64,000 nucleotides of DNA from Macrostomum lignano (lineage: Eukaryota), in assembly GCA_002269645.1 (NCBI GenBank), contig NIVC01001117.1, forward strand, positions 166,763 to 230,762, read 5' to 3'. Under the pieces are notes generated by a model. That model was given only the letters and a program-made list of their open reading frames with translations, had not been told where the DNA came from and did not search any database. Below are positions 1-12,350 of the stretch, one piece after another. A program made the position numbers and the translations under genes. The first letter of the stretch is position 1. Every line of letters begins with the position of its first letter.

Positions 1-1865
1 GATTCCGGATGAGGGTTGGGCGATTCTGGATGAGGGATGGGCGATTCTGGATGAGGGATGGGCGATTCTGGATTAGGGATGGGGCGATTCTGGATGAGGG
101 ATGGGGCGATTCTGGATGAGGGATGGGGCGATTCTGGATGAGGGATGGGGCGATTCTGGATGAGGGATGGGCGATTCTGGATGAGGGATGGGCGATTCTG
201 GATGAGGGATGGGCGATTCTGGATGAGGGATGGGCGATTCTGGATGAGGGATGGGCGATTCTGGATGAGGGATGGGGCGATTCTGGATGAGGGATGGGGC
301 GATTCTGGATGAGGGATGGGGCGATTCTGGACTAAGGATGGGGCGATTCTGGATGAGGGATGGGGCGATTCTGGATGAGGGATGGGGCGATTCTGGATTA
401 GGGATGGGGCGATTCCGGATGAGGGTTGGGCGATTCTGGATTAGGGATGGGGCGATTCTGGATTAGGGATGGGGCGATTCTGGATTAGGGATGGGGCGAT
501 TCTGGATGAGGGATGGGGCGATTCTGGATTAAGGATGGGGCGATTCCGGATGAGGGTTGGGCGATTCTGGATGAGGGATGGGCGATTCTGGATTAGGGAT
601 GGGGCGATTCTGGATGAGGGATGGGGCGATTCTGGATTAGGGATGGGGCGATTCTGGATGAGGGATGGGGCGATTCTGGATGAGGGATGGGCGATTCTGG
701 ATGAGGGATGGGCGATTCTGGATGAGGGATGGGCGATTCTGGATGAGGGATGGGGCGATTCTGGATGAGGGATGGGGCGATTCTGGATGAGGGATGGGGC
801 GATTCTGGATTAGGGATGGGGCGATTCTGGATTAGGGATGGGGCGATTCTGGATGAGGGATGGGGCGATTCTGGATGAGGGATGGGGCGATTCTGGATGA
901 GGGATGGGGCGATTCTGGATTAGGGATGGGGCGATTCTGGATTAGGGATGGGGCGATTCTGGATGAGGGATGGGGCGATTCTGGATTAAGGATGGGGCGA
1001 TTCTGGATGAGGGATGGGGCGATTCTGGATGAGGGATGGGGCGATTCTGGATTAGGGATGGGGCGATTCCGGATGAGGGTTGGGCGATTCTGGATCAGGG
1101 ATGGGCGATTCTTGATGAGGGATGGGGCGATTCTGGATTAGGGATGGGCGATTCTGGATTAGGGATGGGGCGATTCCGGATGAGGGTTGGGCGATTCTGG
1201 ATGAGGTATGGGGCGATTCTGGATGAGGGATGGGGCGATTCTGGATCAGGGATGGGGCGATTCTGGATTAAGGATGGGGCGATTCTGGATTAGGGATGGG
1301 CCGATTCTGGATGAGGGATGGGCCGATTCTGGATTAGGGATGGTGCGATTCTGGATGAGGGATGGGCCGATTCTATGAGGAATGAGGGATGGGGCAATTC
1401 TGGATTAGGGATGGGCGTTCTGGATTAGGGATGGAGCGATTCTGGAGTAGGGATGGGGCGATTCTGGATGAGGGATGGGGCGATTCTGGATTAGGGATGG
1501 GGCGATTCTGGATTAGAGATGGGGCGATTCTGGAGTAGGGATGGGGTGATTCTGGATTAGGGATGGGGCGATTCTGGATTAGAGATGGGGCGATTCAGGA
1601 TTAGGGATGGGGTGATTCTGGATTAGGGATGATGGGGGCGATTCTGGATTAAGGGATCGTGTATGGATTCTTGAAAGAGGGATGGGGCAATTCTAGATGA
1701 GGGATGAGCGACTTTTGGATTAGGGATGGGCGATTCTGGATTAGGGATGGGGCGATTCTGGATCAGGGATGGGGCGATTCTGGATTAGGGATGGGGCGAT
1801 TCTGGATTAAGGGATCGTGTATGGATTTTTGAAAGAGGGATGGGGCAATTCTAGATGAGGGATCC
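1..1865. repeat. G-rich minisatellite, 20-21 bp unit (gggcgattctggatgagggat[g]), decaying toward its right end
   Basis: Unit read directly. The ORFs at 272-1293 are translations of the repeat. Confidence 0.97.
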
Positions 1866-2509
1866 ATCATCCTTGCTTGTTAAAAGCGATTTGAAAGTTT
1901 TTTAAATAAGAAGTAATAACAGACTATTTCTCAGTGTCAAGTGGCAGAATCTGTTCAATAAAACTATTAATAGACCTGACAGGCAATGCGTCAAGCATTT
2001 TTGCATCTAGAAATTTCCGTTCAATGTTTGTAGATAATCAGCACACGCAAAGTCTGAAATTTTCAGTCTGACCAGTGACACACATTTCATACGGGTTTCT
2101 TGTGTTATTCAAGTTTAGACTTTGGAGCTGACACGACTATTGGCGCAGGCTATGCTTGTGCAGCGGTCAGTCCTAGTTGACCCCGCCCTCACTCCCCCCT
2201 AGCTGAGCCACGCATGGTCTCTCTCTCAGCTACATTTATAGGTCTTAAGCAGAAGTAACCAACTAGCAGCTATTCTTATTTTCAATTGTGTTTTGCCACG
2301 TGTTGTTGTGATGGCAGCTAAATTGTTTCCTGACCCTAAGTTAGTTAAACTATGGTTTAGAAAGTTGAAAGAATATTGAGGTTGAAAAATAGCTGCGCAT
2401 TAGATCTGATTACTGTAGCATAATTGGTTGGGTGTGCCATAGGTTATGCGACTGAATCTCGGTCTGTTGTACTGAGTCTGCGATCGTGTGATTTAATATT
2501 GAGTGGAGA

Positions 2510-3236
2510 GCTGTACTTAGCCTGAGATCACGTGATTTCAATCCCCGCCAGCTGTACTTAATCTGCGATGATCATGTGATTGCAATTCCCGCCAGCTGTA
2601 CTTAGTCTGCGATGATCACGTGATTGCAATTCCCGCCAGCTGTACTTATCTGTGATAATCACGTGAGTACAGTCCCCGCCAGCTGTACTTAGTCTGTGAT
2701 GATCACGTGATTGCAGTCCCCGCCAGCTGTACTTAATCTGCGATGATCACGTGATTGCAATTCCTGCCAGCTGTACTTAATCTGTGATGATCACGTGATT
2801 GCAATCCCCACCAGCTGTACTTAGTCTGTGATGATCACGTGATTGCAACCCCCTCTGCTGTACTTAGTCTGTGATGATCACGTGATTGCAATCCCCGCCA
2901 GCTGTACTTAGTCTGTGATGATCACGTGATTGCAACCCCCTCTGCTGTACTTAGTCTGTGATGATCACGTGATTGCAATCCCCGCCAGCTGTACTTAGTC
3001 TGTGATGATCACGTGATTGCAACTCCCACCAGCTGTACTTAGTCTGTGATGATCACGTGATTGCAATCCCCACCAGCTGTACTTAGTCTGTGATGATCAC
3101 GTGATTGCAACCCCCTCTGCTGTACTTAGTCTGTGATGATCACGTGATTGCAACCCCCTCTGCTGTACTTAGTCTGTGATGATCACGTGATTGCAATCCC
3201 CGCCAGCTGTACTTAGTCTGTGATGATCACGTGATA
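2510..3236. repeat. 44-bp minisatellite (gctgtacttagtctgtgatgatcacgtgattgcaatccccgcca), about 16 copies, in the intron upstream of the HSL exon
   Basis: Unit read directly. Most copies carry the palindrome ATCACGTGAT. Confidence 0.95.
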
Positions 3237-3349
3237 CCCGCGTGATGTGCTTTCTTCAATCGCTTGAACATCAAATGTTGCTTTACTTAGTGTTTGCAAT
3301 AGAAAAAAATTAAGTTTCAGTATCAACTCCCAATCAATGTGCTTCGCAG

Positions 3350-4612
3350 ATTCCCGACAAGGTGAACATCGCTCCGCCAGTGGCGCACCGCGGCCCCGAC
3401 GCTGTCGCCTGTCGACTACTGTGCCATCGGGCCCGCGTCGGCATGACCTGGTTGCTAGGAAACCTGCCCCCAGACACGGTGGCCCCCTCCAATTGTCTAA
3501 TCTTTCACGTTCACGGAGGCGGCTTCGTGGCGCAGAGCTCCCGCAGCCAGGAGGTGTACCTGCGCCACTGGGCCCGCGACCTCGACTGTCCAATAGTCAG
3601 CGTAGACTACAGCCTGGCGCCAAAGAATCCGTTTCCCCGCGCCCTAGAAGAGGTGTTCTTCAGCTACGCCTGGTGCCTGAACAATCTCCGCGCATTAGGC
3701 AGCACCGGACAGCGGATTATCGCCGTTGGCGACTCGGCCGGCGGCAATCTAATCCTGTCTATGAGCATCCGCTGCGTGCAGTTCGGCATCCGGCCGCCGG
3801 ACCTGCTGCTGCCCATCTACACCCCCGCCCTGATTCGGTTCACGCCGTCTCCGTCCCGCCTGATGGCCATCATGGATCCGCTGCTGCCTGTCGGCATTCT
3901 GACCCGCTGTCTGCTGGCCTACGCCGGCATCGACGAGGGCTCTTTGCTCGGACAGCTGGCCGAGAATGGCCTGGCCGCGTCGTCGTCGTCGGCGAATGCG
4001 GCTGCGGCTGCGGCGTCAAAATCTTCGGCGCCGCCGGACAGCGCGCATTCGGACGAGATTTTCTCCTGGGACGATTGGACGGCTGGCGAGCCGGCCGGCG
4101 ATGAAGCTTCGTCTTTGTCGTCGAGCGGCGTCGGCGGCCGGCTGCCGGTAAGTCGATCGGCGCCGGCGCTGCCCCAGCAGCTGCAGTCGCCGAGGCCGGA
4201 GCGGCGGCGTCAGGCTCAGCAGCAACAGCAGCGGGGAGCCTCGGAGCTGGACTTCCTAGCCCAGTTGGGCGAGCGACATTTTGCCCAGAGTCCGATCGAG
4301 ACCCCGCTGACAAAGATTCGCATCGCCGGGCCGTTCATCATACCGCTGGACCCGTTCATGAGTCCCTACCTGGCCGACGATGCCGACTTGGCCCGCCTGC
4401 CGCCCGTGCACATGATCGCCTGCCGTCTGGACCCCTGCCTTGACGACAGCATCATGCTGGCTAGGAAACTGTCCGAGCTTGGCCGGCCAGTTAAGCTGTA
4501 CGTGCTTTCCGATTTGCCGCACGGCTTTCTTAATTTTAATTTGACCAGCCGAGACGCCAAGGCCGGGTCGGATTTTGTGGTGCAACGACTGAGAGAGGCC
4601 ATGTCCGATTGA
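3350..4612 (+). CDS. LIPE: Hormone-sensitive lipase, terminal exon (catalytic alpha/beta-hydrolase domain). Upstream exons not identified in the window.
   Basis: Acceptor ttcgcAG ends at 3349. Motifs: HGGGF oxyanion hole (VHGGGFVAQSS), VDYSLAP, GDSAGGNL nucleophile, DPCLDDS (Asp) and LPHGFLNF (His). A low-complexity regulatory insert lies between Ser and Asp, as in HSL. Confidence 0.9.
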   Translation: MPDKVNIAPPVAHRGPDAVACRLLCHRARVGMTWLLGNLPPDTVAPSNCLIFHVHGGGFVAQSSRSQEVYLRHWARDLDCPIVSVDYSLAPKNPFPRALEEVFFSYAWCLNNLRALGSTGQRIIAVGDSAGGNLILSMSIRCVQFGIRPPDLLLPIYTPALIRFTPSPSRLMAIMDPLLPVGILTRCLLAYAGIDEGSLLGQLAENGLAASSSSANAAAAAASKSSAPPDSAHSDEIFSWDDWTAGEPAGDEASSLSSSGVGGRLPVSRSAPALPQQLQSPRPERRRQAQQQQQRGASELDFLAQLGERHFAQSPIETPLTKIRIAGPFIIPLDPFMSPYLADDADLARLPPVHMIACRLDPCLDDSIMLARKLSELGRPVKLYVLSDLPHGFLNFNLTSRDAKAGSDFVVQRLREAMSD

Positions 4613-4780
4613 TATGCAGTTTTTTAATCAATAATTATTCTGTTACCTGGACTTAACAATAAAGCATGTACTTAATAACTTTCGGCCGATTTTTAGCCTT
4701 GCAGTTTACGTTTTTCAACTGCAAATTAGAGATAGGAAAGTTAGATTTTTTAAAGTATGGATTCGGAGCTAAGATTAGAG

Positions 4781-5420
4781 TTCTAGATCTGGGGATTTGG
4801 GACTGGGATTATTGGGTTTTAGATCTGGGGATTTGGGACTGGGATTATCGGGTTCTAGATCTGGGGATTTGGGACTGGGATTATCGGGTTCTAGATCTGG
4901 GGATTTGGGACTGGGATTATCGGGTTCTAGATCTGGGGATTTCAGACAGGGATTATCGAGTTCTAGATCTGGGGATTTCGGACTGGGATTATCGGGTTCT
5001 AGATCTGGGGATTTCGGACTGGGATTATCGGGTTCTAGATCTGGGGATTTCGGACAGGGATTATCGGGTTCTAAATCTAGGGATTTAGGACTGGGATTAT
5101 CGAGTTCTAGATCTGGGGATTTGGGACTGGGATTATCGAGTTCTAGATCTAGGGATTTGGGACTGGGATTATCGGGTTCTAGATCTGGGGATTTGGGACT
5201 GGGATTATCGGGTTCTAGATCTGGGGATTTGGGACTGGGATTATCGGGTTCTAGATCTGGGGATTTCGGACAGGGATTATCGAGTTCTAGATCTGGGGAT
5301 TTGGGACTGGGATTATCGGGTTCTAGATCTGGGGATTTGGGACTGGGATTATCGGGTTCTAGATCTGGGCAGTTGGGTCTGGGATTATCGGGTTCTATAT
5401 CTGGAGATTTTGGACCGCGA
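4781..5420. repeat. 36-bp minisatellite (ctagatctggggatttgggactgggattatcgggtt) just downstream of the HSL stop
   Basis: Unit read directly. The 12-aa periodicity in the ORFs at 4666-5423 comes from the repeat. Confidence 0.96.
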
Positions 5421-7019
5421 TAATCGAGTTCTATTGCAATAGATTTGATGATTGCATACTTTGCTCAGTTGTCTTCTTGTACTGATATTTTAGATTATTA
5501 CCAGTTTTATTTTACAACTAAGTTTGTGCACATTCTAGTTTCAATTTGTTTGCGTACATGCTACTTATCGAGTAGTTGTACAAGCGGATGGTTATTGACT
5601 TGTCTTACTAAAAAAAGATGTTTTCAATTGACATTTTAAATTTCCCTCACGCGTATTCTCATTTTATTCATCAAATGTACTCTTATTCATAGATGTTCTT
5701 TATTGTTTTAGGTTATAGTAACTCCGAGGCAAGCCTTAACTTGTTAGCTAGGCTGCTCAAAATTCCAGTTATGTACCAGGTCTTTCTCTGGTTTTCTGCT
5801 TATTAAATCTCTTGCACTGCTGCTTAATGTGTGCTTATTGTGATTTCGTCTGTGCTATACCGTTATTATATGCTTTCCTAGATACATTCAAGTTAAAACA
5901 GCGTGTGACAGAAATGTTACAGAACGTAAAGCTATTAGCATCATAGCGAGATTATTCGGCAATTTTAAAAAAATTATTAATTGCCTAGACTAATACAGTG
6001 TTATGCATGCATTTTTATTGTCTTCTCGGATTAAACGTTCGGGTAATTTTGTACATAAGCTTGTACCTTGTGTGCTACATTCTTGGTAAAAAATTATTTA
6101 CGTTATCAAAATTACTTCGCTATCAATCAAAGAGTATGCTGTGTTTTAATGCAACTCTGGTCTGTTGCTTTGTATATATATACGAGTAAATATCAACTTT
6201 TTAATAAGCCTTCTGATTTTGAGTATTTCGATCATTTTTAGCTCCGATATTTGATAATATACGGTGTAGTACAAATTTATTAATTGGAATAGCGTTTGCA
6301 AATAGCAGAGCTGCGGTTGATTGAAAAAATTATTTTGAAGTTTCTAATGGTAGTATAATTTTCGTTTAAAAACCCGATAAATCTACGTCCTATGTAGTTC
6401 AAATTGTTACAGCAGTTCCTTGTGTCGAGTGCCAAGTAACAACAATGCCAGTGATAAGCCAGAAATACATACAGTTCTCGTGCGAACACTCCGCCAGTTT
6501 TTTAAATTTATTCAAGAATACAAGCGGAATTACAAATTTTCACCCTGTATTAGGAGAAATGGTATTGATTAGACATGCAATTTCCAAATGACGTAACGTA
6601 TTGTGTAACAGCGAAATTAACACTGCGAAGTTTTTACAACGAAGTTGACAAATCAGCAATTATGTGGAATATGAAAGCCATTTCTACATTATACGCATCA
6701 TCAAGTTAAAAAAACGATTTTTGACCCCTGATTCTATAAATCAAGATTGACCAGATTTCATTTTTACTCGTACTCGGGCGTTAACTGAAACTACGCTCGT
6801 AGTTTTACAGCTTAAAAATGTTGAACTTTATCTTTCTAGAAAAACCAATACCCTGTATTTAACTATTCGAAAATAAGATAAGCAAAGTCGGTATTTAGTT
6901 TAGTTGACAGTTGAATAGTACTAAATTAAATGTGAATAAAAGTGAATAGGCATTTCCAAAGCAAATTGTAACATCGTTAATAACGATACGCACTATAGAT
7001 TTAGAATTCCGCGTTTCTT

Positions 7020-8872
7020 ACGTATGAAACATTCGCCGACACTTATTCAGACACTTCTACAGACACTTTAGTTTCTGTCGTACGGTTAGGAACAAGCATT
7101 AAATTTGTCTAGGACACTTCCTAATTCATATTTAATGAAATAAAGCAGTCCATGCATAGTTTTAATTTTGAAATTTTGTTTTTGTGCACTCGTTCCAGAC
7201 TTTCAAATTATGGCTTTTATCGCGTAGCGTGCACATGCATCGTGTACAACGATTAGCTGCAGTGTGCTAAATAGTTCACTGAGGTATTAAAAGCGTACAA
7301 GGAGACGAACCTCAAGTATTTGTACATTTTAGTTGAAGTTAAAAGTTCAAGCTTTTAGTGAATCATTGGAAAATAAAACTATCCGTTTTAAATCGTGCAA
7401 CATATTGTTTTGTCTCGGACATTTGTGACACTGTCACTTAGGGTTGCAAGGTTTTTAAAAGAGAAACTGTTGCTTTTCCAATGCTGAAGTATTTGTGTTG
7501 TATTGATCAGGGTTTTTCGTCAAAATTTGGATGCATGTATACATCTAAACATGTATATGCAGATGGAAATATAATAATCAAGATGCCATATGTATATTTG
7601 CCAACATTTTCAGATTTTGTATAAAAATGATCAAGGTTGAGGATTACCCTATGGTATAACTGTTTTCTCCATTTTACTATTTCAAAGTGCCCACGTGAAG
7701 TTAGATTTAGCATGCCAGCCTTAAAAAATAAAAAAATCTACATAGTGTATAATTGTATACTCTTTTATTTAAGGCTATATTATATTCCCAATATATTTGC
7801 TTAGATAAATCAAAAAGTATTTACTTTACTTGAAAAAATAATGTTCACTACAAATATTTCAATGTAGAAACCAGGAAACATAAACCTATCAAGTCTTATA
7901 TAGAAATGAAGGATAAAGATATGGATAGAATATAATAAAGCCATTGTGGGCATTAAATATAAAACAAAAGAATCACTTAAGGCAAAATGTGAAAAAAGTG
8001 AATTTTTGGCATGCTCCATGAAAAGAGGCTTATAATTTGAAATATTTTTGCTTTTGTTTGACAAAAAATATGTATAGATTTATACTTTTGGGCAAGGTTT
8101 ATTTTCTCTTAAAATTCTAATTGTAAATTTGCCAGTAAGCTTAAAAATTGTTGTAAGTTGAAGCTCAAATAAAATTTGTCTTAACTCCAATCTGACTTTC
8201 CAAAGTAAATCCCTAAATTATTTGTTACAATTGCTTTTAAAAACTTGCCATTTCATTCATTCATTGATCAAAATTTTGTTCTAGAAACTGATACCTATAG
8301 AAGGTTTATAGTTTTTAAGAAATCTAGTAACTAGTGTCAGAGAAATATGTTTATATAGGTTTTATATATATCAACCTTATATATAAAAAAGGTTGCACAC
8401 TGAGATTTAAATACAGCTTCTAACATGTGTGTCCAGAGGTGAGATTATGGTCAACTGTACACCAATAGCATACCAACTCCATACCAATATGCCAACTGCA
8501 TACTAACTCCATACCAACTGCATACCAACTCCATACCAACATGCCAACTGCATACCAACTACATACCAACTGCATGCCAACTGCATACCAACTGCATACC
8601 AACTCTATACCAACTATATACCAACATGCCAACTGCATACCAACTCCATACCAACTCCATACCAACATGCCAACTGCATACCAACTCCATACCAACATGC
8701 CAACTCCATACCAACTCCATACCAACTGCATACCAACTCCATACCAACATGCCAACTGCATACCAACTCTATACCAACTGCATGCCAACTGCATACCAAC
8801 TCCATACCAACTGCATGCCAACTGCATACCAACTCCATACCAACATACCAACTACATACCAACATGCCAACT
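7020..8872 (+). repeat. Left inverted arm: AT-rich unique part (7020-8455) plus inner satellite of 10-11 bp modules (ataccaactgc/ataccaactcc/ataccaacatgc)
   Basis: Mirror ORFs 7507-7713(-)/16961-17167(+), 7810-8064(-)/16609-16848(+) and 8420-8851(-)/15339-16253(+) are near-identical. Confidence 0.95.
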
Positions 8873-8941
8873 TATATTATGCCACACTAAACGAAAACAT
8901 GGCAAATTCATACCATTGTTTCATGTTTCAGGCTTCTTTGC

Positions 8942-11358
8942 ATGGCAGCGAAGAAAAGTGTGTACGACACTTCTGAAGCCATTAGCGGTGACCAGTCAGG
9001 TGCTGCTGGTGCACAAGTTTTTTCTGCTGGAGGTGTTTTTGTGGAATCATGCATATCAACTAATCTCTTCGTGAATCACTTTGATACAAGAACTTGTAAA
9101 CTTAAGCCTTCTTGGTTTGATGAAGTCATTTATCTACTGTTAAGACAGCATGGTGAGTATTGTCAGTTCTCAGTTAATAAGGTTAGACTGCGTGCATTTA
9201 AGCGCCATCGGAAGGACTGCAGTTTTCTTTGGATGCGCCTAGTCTGTGCCGAAGGCTCTGGTTGCAGTATGGCATTCGTCGTCACCTTAAACAAGGCGCC
9301 GACTGATGGGCAGTCCTCTACACTGACGCTACGAAGAATCTCAGAGCACTCGAGGAATGATGTTCCATCAAGTTGTTCCTCTTATCGCTATCTGTGGCAA
9401 CGAGGTTCACAAGAGTGCCGTAACTTTGTTTTATCTCAGGCCAACAACGCTGCTGCCAAGCCAACGCAGATCTATGTGAAAGCAATCGAGCTGTTTGGTA
9501 GCGAAGCATGCTCTCTATCTGCTGTCCGTACAACTGTTAGTCGGACAAAAGCTGCCGACGACAAGTCTCCAGACGACATAAGAGATTTAAGACTCCAAAT
9601 GAAAGACTGGAAGTTGACTATAAACGAGGATGGAGTCATTAGCGGCTATATCCAAAAGATTGACGTTGCACCAGTTGGTGTGATTCTCCATACCTCCATG
9701 CAGTTGGATTTGCTTCGCGACGTGCTGAAAGGCAATCAGCTTGCTCCTCTCCACTTAGACGCCACCGGCGGAATTGTGCGACACACCCAGAACGTGCCGA
9801 GCACTGTACTTCTGTGCAGTGCTGTTGTTGCAACCCCGGATATAAAGAGAACAGCTGTATCAGAAAGCATCATGGAGGTCACGCGCTCGGAAAATGTGTC
9901 CAGTTGGCTAATGCATTTTTAGCAGATTTCGCTCGTCACTGCAACATAGGACTGTGGGAACTACCCAAGAAAGGTCCGCAAATCTACGTGTCTAAATTTA
10001 GCTGGGTTTTCATTCATGGTATTCTCCGAGCCGCATGTACGACCTGTGTTACAGACTACCTGCGTGTACAGTACAATCGACTTCGGAGTGCTGATCTGAA
10101 GCCACCTGAATCTCCTGTTGTGTTTATCTGTAGCTCGCATTTGCTGCGCGCTGTTGCCAGGACTTTGAAGTCACCAGATAAAATCAATAAGGTTACTTAT
10201 CGCGAGTTCATGCTCTCTTTTGCACTATTAGTGACGTCGAAAACTTTGCGTTGCGCCCAAGCTGTTTGGAAGGCAATGGTCGAGGTGTTTACCTCCAGGC
10301 GAGTAGGTCCTGCCACTTTGAAGGCTTTACAAATTCTACATGGTAGGTTCGACTTCAGTTCGTTGGAGATTCCTGATGAAAACCAAGTGGCTGAAGATTC
10401 TGCTAATGTCTCAAATGCAGTGCAAGAAGACGTCGCATTGGCTGAATTGGAGACTGGACTACGAGCCTCATCACCTTTTGCGAAGTACTTCAACCATTTG
10501 ACAAGCGAAGTGACAGCAAGCGATGGCAATGGCGTGCTGAACAATCTTTTCTACCCTCAGGCTGTTCAGGTTGTATTGCGAAAGTGGATGTCACTGTTTC
10601 CTCTTTGGAGTGTGGCAGTGTTTGGAGGAAATCGTAGCGCACACGTGACCAACGCCGCTGTTGAATCATGGTTCAGCTGGGGCAAAAGCGAAGCACTGCC
10701 TTCTCCAAGTTCTCGGCTCAGGTTACCAAGATTTGTCCGTCGTACGCAACTAACAACCGTAAAACTGCAACTGAAGCGGTTGCAGCACGAGCAACATCCA
10801 ATTCGCCCCCCGAAGCGTGCTAGAGGACGCAAATGTGGCTTTGATGCTCCGTTAAACCCACCTGGAGATCCCTGGAAAAGGTCAAGAGCCTCAAAAAGAC
10901 AAAGAACCAGCTTCATTCAATCGGCATTATCAATTCCGCCAGCCGTTGCACCCACGACCTGTACTCTAGCTGCGCCTGCTGCAAGTGGGTCTCGCTCGGG
11001 CAGCCAGCCCGTCATTGTCCAGGTTCGGCCTGCTATTGCTCGCACGACCTGTACTCTAGCTGCGCCTGCTGCAAGTGGGTCTCGCTCGGGCAGCCAGCCC
11101 GTCATTGTCCAGGTTCGGCCTGCTATTGCTCGCACGACCTGTACTCTAGCTGCGCCTGCTGCAAGTGGGTCTCGCTCGGGCATTTCACCTGCACCAACAG
11201 CACAGAATACCACCTGTCACAGCCTACCAGATGAGCAAATTGTGAGTGATGAAATTGCATTTTTTCAGTTAGAAATACCTTCAGTCAACCCTTGTATTGG
11301 TTTACGTATTGTGTATGCGCCGTACACTCACTCCGCCACAATTTGCGTCTCCCACTAG
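8942..11358 (+). CDS. NOF-FB/MULE-like DDE transposase split by a -1 frameshift at the T run 9916-9920 (ORF 8942-9922 joined to ORF 9814-11358)
   Basis: Motifs: LHLDATGGIV (first D), SENVSSWLMHF|LADF, VFICSSHLLR (CxxH) and VTNAAVESWF (E). The expected second-D motif V-x-D-F-S-W reads VSKFSW. A 90-bp (30-aa) tandem repeat lies at about 10955-11182. Confidence 0.72.
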
Positions 11359-11533
11359 ATCTGTCGTAGTAATGTATGTGCCATGTCTCAGCAACTTGTG
11401 GGTAAGGTGCAACCTTATCAATCAACTCTCTTTGTAGGCCTCCTCCGTCTCGACTGGCACAGGTATTTATATTGCACAATCCAACATGTTCCGTATGATG
11501 CACGTTTCTGTTACGTGATTGTTCTCTGATTAG

Positions 11534-12350
11534 AGATCTAAAGTTTATGATTTCATCAATGCCGCCAGTCAATGCTTGGTTGCAACATTAACGAGCGCAC
11601 TATCGTGTGATGCAGATTCACCACTTGCGCTGTTCCTTAACTGCCTAATGACAGGCAAAGACGTTCTGTTGCTGCATTCAGCCGCGTTTCAGTGGTGAAG
11701 ACAGTATATACTTTGCTGACTTATGGGAAGGCAAAGAATACCTTTCAATCGCGCTTCCACTGTGTGTTGGTCTTCACAGTTGCACCATGAGTACTGTTCC
11801 TATCCATCTTTTTTATTTCGTAGATTTCTACAACTTTGAGTTGTTCCGCCTGTTTCAAAGTGACACGACTGCTACCTAGAGACACGGCAACTATTCTACG
11901 TTTATCAATCCTGATCACGACGACTCGCTTGATTTCCCGCCACTCATTAGACAGTCACTGTTTTCTACTCAAGACCACACCGACATCCGTTGTCCGACTT
12001 GCGACGTCGGGGGGTGCAGCTATGCACAAACACTTGCAACAACGTCGGAGCACATATGCATGGGAATTAGCCGAGTCTCTGTCAAGCGCCGAAAGGGACA
12101 AACTGTACTATTCGAGAAGAACACTAAAGTTGTACCCATCGAGATGAAGCTTACTTTGAGTGGCAGAAGCTACAAGCTTCGTGCATTCATCGTTCACATT
12201 GGTAGTCGCGTGAATAGTGGTCACTATATTGCATACGTATTCTGTGGCCGCACTAGCTACTGTGTCAGTGATTTGACTGTACGAAAAGTATCTTTGTCAG
12301 CGGCATTCAATGACGTGAAGCGAAACTGCTGCGCTCTTTTTTACGGCTAA
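11534..12350 (+). pseudogene. USP/UCH (peptidase C19)-like cysteine-protease domain inside the transposon, interrupted by probable introns and frameshifts
   Basis: His box YKLRAFIVHIGSRVNSGHYIAY (ORF 12060-12350). Upstream in the same frame: IRCPTC...EHICMGISR. Another frame has LSCSAC...ILRLSI, with a frameshift near 11908. A Cys-box-like FINAASQCL near 11550 lacks the catalytic Cys (reads YDFINA). Confidence 0.7.

Noticed and set aside
6790-6803. Recurring hairpin tacgctcgta (also near 39083 and 43190) as a Helitron end or shared element
   Set aside because: Only 10-12 bp match, the flanks are unrelated, and there is no CTRR terminus context.
9910-9925. Programmed -1 ribosomal frameshift joining the transposase ORFs
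   Set aside because: U UUU UAG is not a canonical X XXY YYZ heptamer. A homopolymer indel is simpler.
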